A stretch of DNA of 40,696 bases from a virus. Lineage: Duplodnaviria > Caudoviricetes. Location: positions 1 through 40,696 of the IMG/VR virus record IMGVR_UViG_3300022777_000107; one strand, written 5' to 3'. Each line of letters starts with the position of its first letter. Position 1 is the first letter of the stretch. The notes under the pieces are model-generated. The model ran no database searches. It saw only the letters and a program-made list of their open reading frames with translations, and was not told the DNA's origin. Below are positions 35,109 through 40,696 of the stretch, piece by piece. A program made the translations under genes and the position numbers.

Positions 35109-36656
35109 TTACCAAGTCGGTGATGGAAGTGCTTCCTGCTCGGGCTCTGTACACTCGCGCCAAACAGCCATCAGTGCGGCATCGAGGTGGTCAGGGGAGC
35201 GCCCGAGTCGGTTTTGAACCTCTTCTTTCGGCGTCGCGCGTAGCACCGCGGCACCGTCGTCACCACGAGAATCCAAAAACCGCTCGTCCCACGTGACTGT
35301 CCGCGCAGCCACCTGAGCTTGCTCGTACAAATCGCTATTACTGAACGTTCCACCCTCGCGGAGAAACTCGCCAAACAATGCAAGTGACTCGCCCCAACAC
35401 CGATCATACGTGTCCTCGCGATGAGCTGTTTCGTTGCTCTTGTAGCGATGAGCTCCAAATCGGTTATCGAGGCCGTCAGCCAAGCCCGATCCCTCGCCGA
35501 CGGCGTCGATGGCGATTTCGGGGGACGGCCAGTCACGAATGTGCGCGGCGAGTGTCTGTTCTTGCTTGGTGTGATTTGTGCCAGTCGCTGCGTAGTGAAC
35601 CACAAGATGATCTCCGTGATGTCCGACAGCGACCGTGTCATCACCAGAGCGGGCGACATCGACGCCCAGCGCAGTCGGCCGATTCCGCTGTGGTTTCTTG
35701 TTTGGCTCGTAGCCTGACTGCACTAACTGTGGCGAGAATGCCCGGTGAACTTGCGAGTTGGTAGGTGAAATTATTCCGGCACGGCGCCGATACCAGCGCT
35801 CGTCGAGGTCGTCCCGAAACTCGGGATGGTCAGGGTCCGACCAGGCACGGGCCTGCTCGATCCCAGGCCAGGGTTCGTCGTGGTAGTCCGCCCAGTCGCC
35901 CCGGAGTTTCGAGACGGTGGCCATTCCCTCGATGCGCTCGCCATCGCGCTCGCCCGTCTCGACGAGGACGTTCCACGCATCAAACGAGGAGATGTGGATG
36001 ACATGCCACGGCGACTCGTCGGCCGTGATGTCAGCGAACACGTTCGCCTCGTCCGTCGGCGGGTTGCCGACCACCAGGAACCGCCCCTTCTCGTAGTCAG
36101 GGATCAGCGACCGCATCGCATCGACCGTCTCGGCGGTGACATCGTCTTTGTCGGCTTCCTCGATGATCGCCAGCGTGTACTCCTCGTGGGCGCCTTCGAG
36201 TTCGCCGGCGTCTTGGGGCGTCGCGGCCTCGAAGTAGTGCTCGGGATCGTCGTAGTCGATGCGTGGCGGGCGTTGCTTGAACGTTCCCGGGAGGCCGACG
36301 CCGTCGAGGGCGGACGAGTGTAGTTTGTCGATAGGCCGACACAGCGTCCGGTAGAGCTTCTTGCCGGTCCCCGAGGTGCCAAACGAAATGGCGGGGTAGC
36401 GGACGTTCTGCCACGCCAGAACTATTGCACCAGTGATGTAGGTCTTCCCCGTCCCGTTCGCCCCGATCACGGCGGTGCGCTCGTTGGTGGCGACCGACCG
36501 GCAGATCTCCCGCTGCTTGGGCCCGAGCGTCAGATCCAGATACGTCGTGATCCAGTCCTCGATCCACAGCTCGTCGCCTCGATCAGCACGAGCGGCGTAG
36601 TGTGAGGGGGGCGGCACCTCACTCAGGTCCGGCTCGGCTGCTGTGGTCGTACTCAT
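35109..36656 (-). CDS. terL: Terminase large subunit
   Basis: Walker A GANGTGKT, Walker B IIEEA, VGNP, nuclease LGVDVARSGDD and RSPDHLDA. Confidence 0.95.
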   Translation of the reverse strand: MSTTTAAEPDLSEVPPPSHYAARADRGDELWIEDWITTYLDLTLGPKQREICRSVATNERTAVIGANGTGKTYITGAIVLAWQNVRYPAISFGTSGTGKKLYRTLCRPIDKLHSSALDGVGLPGTFKQRPPRIDYDDPEHYFEAATPQDAGELEGAHEEYTLAIIEEADKDDVTAETVDAMRSLIPDYEKGRFLVVGNPPTDEANVFADITADESPWHVIHISSFDAWNVLVETGERDGERIEGMATVSKLRGDWADYHDEPWPGIEQARAWSDPDHPEFRDDLDERWYRRRAGIISPTNSQVHRAFSPQLVQSGYEPNKKPQRNRPTALGVDVARSGDDTVAVGHHGDHLVVHYAATGTNHTKQEQTLAAHIRDWPSPEIAIDAVGEGSGLADGLDNRFGAHRYKSNETAHREDTYDRCWGESLALFGEFLREGGTFSNSDLYEQAQVAARTVTWDERFLDSRGDDGAAVLRATPKEEVQNRLGRSPDHLDAALMAVWRECTEPEQEALPSPTW

Positions 36657-37039
36657 GTGTGAATCGTCTCCAGAACGCGCTCGGTCCGCGCACTCGGGTC
36701 GTATCCAGTGATGAACGCACGCCGGCGGGCCATCTCCCAGGGCACACCATCGCCGTCAGATGGCGTTGGTAACGACAGGTCGATGACGGTCTCGTCGTCA
36801 CGCAGGAACCAGTGCGTCCCCTCGTAACGCTCGTCTACATCATTCCAGGACAGACAATAGATGTCGAGCCCTGACTCCGTCCCACCCTGGGTATGGAAAT
36901 ACGCCTCCGCGAGCACGTAACACGCACCGAGAATCGGGTCGTCGCCGTGATCGTACTGCCCCTTGACGATGTCCGGGTGGTCACGAACGTACGACCGGAG
37001 CTGCTCGGCCGTCTCGTCGGGTTCAACGACGACGTCCAT
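36653..37039 (-). CDS. Putative papain/transglutaminase-like Cys-His-Asp protein
   Basis: GACYVLAEAYFH...THWFL...VIDLS. Confidence 0.6.
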   Translation of the reverse strand: MDVVVEPDETAEQLRSYVRDHPDIVKGQYDHGDDPILGACYVLAEAYFHTQGGTESGLDIYCLSWNDVDERYEGTHWFLRDDETVIDLSLPTPSDGDGVPWEMARRRAFITGYDPSARTERVLETIHT

Positions 37040-37044
37040 GTGAG

Positions 37045-37671
37045 CTACTCCTCGTCGTAGTATCCCGTGAGGTCCTCCCACATCGCGCCCGTGAGTTCGA
37101 CCTCGATGTCGGCGCCGTCATCTTCGGGCGCCAGGAGATCGTTGTCCTTCAGCCACCGGCGGATAAACCCCTCCAGTTGCTTTTCTGCCTGCATCACCGC
37201 CGAGCGCTTGTACTCGTAGTAGGTGTCCCCCTGGGTGGTGCGCTTTTCGGAGCGATCCACGAGCGGGTGCCCCGAATCGAGTGTCTCGGGCCGGATTGCC
37301 TCCCACTCGTCTGCTTTCAGCAGTTTGTGGACCGAGATGGCGACCTTGAACAGCATCGCATCGTCGCCAGTCGCCGGCTCGCCGTGCCGTTTGAGAAACC
37401 GCTGATGGTAGTCCTCGTAGATCGCGTCGATCATCGCCTGCGCGGACTCGTCGCGACGCTGGTAGTACGTGTTCGACTGCGAGTACAGTTCGTGCGTCGC
37501 GCCGTTGTCGTTGCCCTCAGGGGCGCCGCCAGGATCCCCGACATCGCCGCCTTCGGGGCCAGCACCACCATGAAACTTGCACGGCCCGCTATCGTTGTCG
37601 GTCCCCCAACCAGCGGCAAGGCCGCAGGGCTCGTCCCGGTTGTTAGTGCCGGGACACATGTCGTCGCTCAT
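37045..37671 (-). CDS. terS: Terminase small subunit
   Basis: C...C...GPCKFHGG, GAPEGNDNG...H motif; upstream of TerL. Confidence 0.75.
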   Translation of the reverse strand: MSDDMCPGTNNRDEPCGLAAGWGTDNDSGPCKFHGGAGPEGGDVGDPGGAPEGNDNGATHELYSQSNTYYQRRDESAQAMIDAIYEDYHQRFLKRHGEPATGDDAMLFKVAISVHKLLKADEWEAIRPETLDSGHPLVDRSEKRTTQGDTYYEYKRSAVMQAEKQLEGFIRRWLKDNDLLAPEDDGADIEVELTGAMWEDLTGYYDEE

Positions 37672-37689
37672 GGGGGGGTTGATTCAAAA

Positions 37690-37878
37690 CTATCGGACGT
37701 CGTAGGTATCGACGAAACAATCGCTCTGTATGTACGCCTTGCCGTTGAGACAGCCTGGGGCATACACGATCAGGCCGCGCTCGTTCTGAAATTGTGACAG
37801 ACCAATATCAGTGTAAATCGGCGGATGCCAGATGTCGAGGTCGTCGTCTGGGTTCGCCGACTGCGTGGACATGGTCAC
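37690..37878 (-). CDS. Hypothetical protein
   Basis: 62 aa; AYIQSD motif. Confidence 0.6.
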   Translation of the reverse strand: MTMSTQSANPDDDLDIWHPPIYTDIGLSQFQNERGLIVYAPGCLNGKAYIQSDCFVDTYDVR

Positions 37879-38129
37879 TCATCGTCGCCGTTCGCGATGG
37901 CCGTCTCGACGGCCTCGGGGCCCGCCACGATCACGGCGACGAGGATGTATACCGTGAGTGGATCCGCGCCGTTGCGGATTGCCACGATAGCAGTCGCGAC
38001 CGCGGCCAGCAGGACGAGCATCTTCAGCGACTTGTAGACCTTCAGGCTCATGTGGAAGCGGTCGCTCACAGCGCGGTTGCAGCGTCGGATCGATTCGCGG
38101 TTTGACTCTTTGCGGTTGCTCGTAGCCAT
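37875..38129 (-). CDS. Small two-TM membrane protein (holin-like)
   Basis: Basic N-terminus, two hydrophobic helices; first gene of the late module. Confidence 0.6.
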   Translation of the reverse strand: MATSNRKESNRESIRRCNRAVSDRFHMSLKVYKSLKMLVLLAAVATAIVAIRNGADPLTVYILVAVIVAGPEAVETAIANGDDE

Positions 38130-38145
38130 GATTGCATGACCGTCA

Positions 38146-38234
38146 TGCCCTCCGACGGATTCGAACCGTCGACGCGGCCGGACGAAGCCTGTGTGTGGTG
38201 GACGACTGTCCCGTGCGCGCAAGCCAGCGAGGGC
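38146..38234 (-). ncRNA. tRNA-like element (acceptor stem plus T-arm only)
   Basis: 5' GCCCTC pairs with 3' GAGGGC-A; perfect T-arm GACGG-TTCGAAT-CCGTC; no canonical D or anticodon arm. Confidence 0.65.
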
Positions 38235-38371
38235 GGTGTGGGCAGGGGTAAGAGGGATTGGGTGGGTGGAGTGGTAGGATGGCTGGGCTCCCAGATGAGT
38301 TCCACTACGGGTGGTCGGAGAAACCAACCTGCCGGATATTTCGTGCGCGCCTCCGCGCCGGGCGCGGTCGG

Positions 38372-38527
38372 CTACGGGGCAGCGTAGTGAAAGCCGTCCA
38401 TGCCGTTCAACACGTCACGGTTGCGCGTGGTCTGGCAGGTCGGACAGTACACGACTCCGTTGCGGTCCGCGAGGACCCGGTGGTATCGCTCCGAGACGTG
38501 ACCACCGCATGACGAGCAATTGGGCAT
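38372..38527 (-). CDS. Small haloarchaeal Zn-ribbon protein (51 aa)
   Basis: MPNCSSCGGHVSERYHRV...CPTC. Confidence 0.8.
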   Translation of the reverse strand: MPNCSSCGGHVSERYHRVLADRNGVVYCPTCQTTRNRDVLNGMDGFHYAAP

Positions 38528-38532
38528 GGCTG

Positions 38533-39048
38533 TCAGTCCGACAATGCGCCGCCGACCGCGAGTTCGAGATCCTCGGTTTCCCAGTAGAGATCTGCGAAGC
38601 GTTCGAAGTCGAGAGTGCGGTCGTCCTGGCCCTCGTCGTTGAGTTGCTCCACGATCAGCTTGAGATACCAGTGGTACGGCCCGGCCTCCCGTTGCAGGTA
38701 GTCCGTGATCCGGTGTTCGCAGGCCCCACACTCACATTCGAGGCCGTGCGGGCCCATCTCGACATGTTCAGTCTGGTACTCGAAGCCGACGAGTGCGTCG
38801 TCGGTGATGGGGCCCAGCCCCCGTCGGGCCTCGGCGGTGGGACGCTCGATCGTCTTGCGCGCTCGCCAGCAGGACCAGCAAAACCGATGGTCGTCGCGGA
38901 TGTTCCGCAGGAGTTTCCGGCCCTCGTGGCGAGCAGCACACTCGTGTGAGCAAAACGAGCCCTTCACCGACGACGTTTTCGTGCGTGTGTTCTCGCACTC
39001 GTCGAGGCCACACTCGTACGTGTCCTGTCTGGTGACGCTGACTGACAT
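38533..39048 (-). CDS. Multi-Zn-finger protein (possible late regulator)
   Basis: CGLDEC...FCSHEC, CWSC, CECGAC; upstream of late genes. Confidence 0.7.
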   Translation of the reverse strand: MSVSVTRQDTYECGLDECENTRTKTSSVKGSFCSHECAARHEGRKLLRNIRDDHRFCWSCWRARKTIERPTAEARRGLGPITDDALVGFEYQTEHVEMGPHGLECECGACEHRITDYLQREAGPYHWYLKLIVEQLNDEGQDDRTLDFERFADLYWETEDLELAVGGALSD

Positions 39049-39156
39049 GGTGGATGAGAAGCGCGCGGCTGACAACGACCGGCCGCTGTGAACGACCAGT
39101 CATTTGACCTTGTAGTGCCCAGGGGTGTAGCTTGCGCAAGCATACGATAGTACCAC

Positions 39157-39420
39157 TTAAGAATTGTCGGAGTCACCACATATAGTGTACTGCGGCTTGC
39201 CCGCCTGCGACGAGTTCGCTTGCATGTTGACGGTTCCACGGTTGCGAAGTTGTCTGAGAGCCTCCTCAACCGTCCGCCTGGGGAGTGTCGTCGCATCCTG
39301 TATCTCCTGGCGGGTCGCTGGCCCCAGCTCGTCGAGCGCCATGTAGACGAGTTTCGATGATGGGGGAAGACCGCCGAGATCGACCGGGATGAGTTGGACC
39401 GTGCCTGTGTCAGTTGTCAT
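39157..39420 (-). CDS. Winged-HTH regulator (MarR/TrmB-like)
   Basis: LPPSSKLVYMALDELGPATRQEI...LPRRTVEEALRQLRNRG. Confidence 0.85.
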   Translation of the reverse strand: MTTDTGTVQLIPVDLGGLPPSSKLVYMALDELGPATRQEIQDATTLPRRTVEEALRQLRNRGTVNMQANSSQAGKPQYTICGDSDNS

Positions 39421-39667
39421 AGATGGATTGTGAACTTGTTCACCACAGGGTAGCGCCGAGGTGAACAATCGCCGCCGTCTGGCGACGACGGCGACCGAGG
39501 AGGTTCACCCGGCGCTACCGAAATGAGATGTGCATTACATTTCGGCACTTCGAAAGTGCCTTTGTGGACGTTCGTCAACGGGGTCGAGCGAGGGGGTGGC
39601 AGCCAGGACGTCCAATCCATCTTTACTCGCCCCCCGTTTCGCCAATTCCTGTGGTGAACTTGTTCAC
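39421..39667. repeat. Nested inverted-repeat element
   Basis: 10-bp inverted repeat at 39421-39430/39613-39622; hairpins at 39449-39519, 39518-39545 and 39544-39560; GTGAACTTGTTCAC at 39430 and 39654. Confidence 0.8.
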
Positions 39668-40225
39668 AGCCTCGGGGTCGTCGTGAAGTCGTTCAAAGTC
39701 GATGATAACGCCCTTCTGTGGCGTTTCCTGGTCTGGCCGGCGGTCCATCGACGCCGGATCAAGCGCCCAGTCGTACGCGTCGGTCATGTCGTCGACGAGG
39801 TCGTACGCGTAGCGTCGGGACACGCCGGCGATGCCCTTGATGTTCTTGGGAAGAACGGTCGTTCGAGACTGTGACTGTGATTTCTCGTTGTGTGCGTAGG
39901 CGACGACCTGTGCGATCTTCTCCTCCTTGGAGGTCTGGTCGCCACCGACGTTCCGGATCGACGCGACTTGACTCTCGGTCTCGACGACGCGGTCGTGGAA
40001 TGACTGCGCGTCATCGCGAAGGCGCATCGGGTCGATGGTGAAGTCCTCCGGACTGGCTCCGGTGAGCGCTGCCATGAGGTGGTTGATCGTCTGTTGCGTG
40101 GTTGCTTTGTCGTCGATGCCTGTGACCTTGGCCTCCAGGTCCTCGACGCGCTGGCTCAGCTGGGCGACGGTCTCGATCAGCTCATCACGATCCATCGTTT
40201 CGAGTTCGGCGCGGGAGACGGCCAT
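39623..40225 (-). CDS. Coiled-coil protein with a C-terminal HTH-like domain
   Basis: Heptad LSQRVEDLEAKV; IKGIAGVSRRYAYDLVDDM. Confidence 0.75.
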   Translation of the reverse strand: MAVSRAELETMDRDELIETVAQLSQRVEDLEAKVTGIDDKATTQQTINHLMAALTGASPEDFTIDPMRLRDDAQSFHDRVVETESQVASIRNVGGDQTSKEEKIAQVVAYAHNEKSQSQSRTTVLPKNIKGIAGVSRRYAYDLVDDMTDAYDWALDPASMDRRPDQETPQKGVIIDFERLHDDPEAVNKFTTGIGETGGE

Positions 40226-40437
40226 CAGACGAGCACCTCCTGGGGTTCCCAGCGACTGTTACAGCGGGGACACTCCAGACGCCCGCCGCCGCACTTGTGA
40301 TGCATGCTCAGAATCTGTCCCTCGATGGGACATTCCAGGTGATGGTCGGTGGACGTCGTCGGCGTGATCGAGGCGTCGGCGTCGGTTCGTGGGCTGTGCT
40401 CGGTCTGGGTCTGGGTCGGGGTCTCGGTTGTACTCAT
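40225..40437 (-). CDS. Zn-ribbon microprotein (70 aa)
   Basis: HHKCGGGRLECPRC; TGATG coupling; ATG at 40437 preferred. Confidence 0.65.
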   Translation of the reverse strand: MSTTETPTQTQTEHSPRTDADASITPTTSTDHHLECPIEGQILSMHHKCGGGRLECPRCNSRWEPQEVLV

Positions 40438-40566
40438 GGATGGCTCTGGCTCTGATGGTCGCGAGAGACGCTGCTCTCGTCGATGCGAACGGTAGCGTCG
40501 CCACTCTCTGCGAGGGGAACGCTTATGTCGAAGCCAGAGAAAGCCTGAACCAAGTGGCGAGCGATC

Positions 40567-40689
40567 AGGTTGGGCGCCGTGCGCTCGCCACCGGGCTGAC
40601 CTTCTCTGACGTAGATCGGGTAGCTGTGCTTGTCGTGTCAGTCGTTGCGACGGCGGGTATATAATAGTATGTGGCACTTCCGCGAGGCC
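40567..40689 (+). repeat. Terminal direct repeat, right copy
   Basis: Identical to 1-123. Confidence 0.95.
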
Positions 40690-40696
40690 GACGCTC

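Larger units (their letters stand above)
1..40696. mobile_element. Haloarchaeal tailed virus (siphovirus-like), probably temperate with a plasmid-type provirus
   Basis: Full terminase-portal-capsid-tail gene set, no sheath gene, acidic proteome, terminal direct repeat, ParA cassette, no integrase recognised. Confidence 0.9.

Noticed and set aside
38146-38234. Canonical tRNA gene
   Set aside because: No recognisable D-loop or 7-nt anticodon loop, and the seventh acceptor pair is G:G; kept only as tRNA-like.
39130-39141. Perfect palindrome GCTTGCGCAAGC upstream of the multi-Zn-finger gene
   Set aside because: Single copy with no supporting sites; could be chance.
39515-39585. Hammerhead ribozyme (UUGACGA...GAAA on the minus strand)
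   Set aside because: Core is not CUGANGA, stem II does not directly follow it, and there is no convincing stem I.
39417-39620. 67-aa ORF across the hairpin element
   Set aside because: Pro-rich and non-acidic; better explained by the inverted-repeat structure, though translation is not excluded.
40438-40677. N-terminal extension of the 40225-40677 ORF
   Set aside because: Highly basic, unlike the rest of the proteome; ATG at 40437 gives a typical protein.
1-40696. CRISPR array, integrase/att pair, transposase, reverse transcriptase (DGR), invertase, tail sheath
   Set aside because: No repeat-spacer periodicity and no catalytic motifs for these recognised in any ORF; divergent versions cannot be excluded without HMM searches.
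1-40696. CTAG avoidance
   Set aside because: CTAG seems rare (seen at 3772 and 7253), but I could not count it reliably and it is a common haloarchaeal trait.

Overview
The window looks like a near-complete, probably circular genome of a temperate head-tail (siphovirus-like, Caudoviricetes) virus of halophilic archaea. Support: high GC, very acidic proteins, many small Zn-finger proteins, and bases 1-123 repeated at 40567-40689. The minus strand from 37.7 to 18.3 kb carries a complete morphogenesis module: TerS, TerL, portal, MuF, protease/scaffold, HK97-type MCP, neck, tail tube, chaperone with a probable -1 frameshift, 843-aa tape measure and tail tip, with no sheath. The plus strand from 7.3 to 15.6 kb carries an HNH nuclease, a Dam-type and a C5 DNA methyltransferase, a DUF5131 protein and a ParA partition cassette. 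I could not recognise an integrase, polymerase or replication initiator, which points to a plasmid-type provirus. Most interesting signals: (i) a candidate induction switch made of two divergent paralogous ribbon-helix-helix genes plus a Zn-ribbon gene preceded by the haloarchaeal UV-response motif TTTCACTTTCA; (ii) a 202-bp multi-hairpin element that exactly fills an intergenic space; (iii) a tRNA-like element heading the late operon; (iv) ORB-like boxes beside parA; (v) recurring x-A-N motifs that bracket cargo domains in the prohead protease polyprotein. All calls come from reading motifs by eye; no searches were run.
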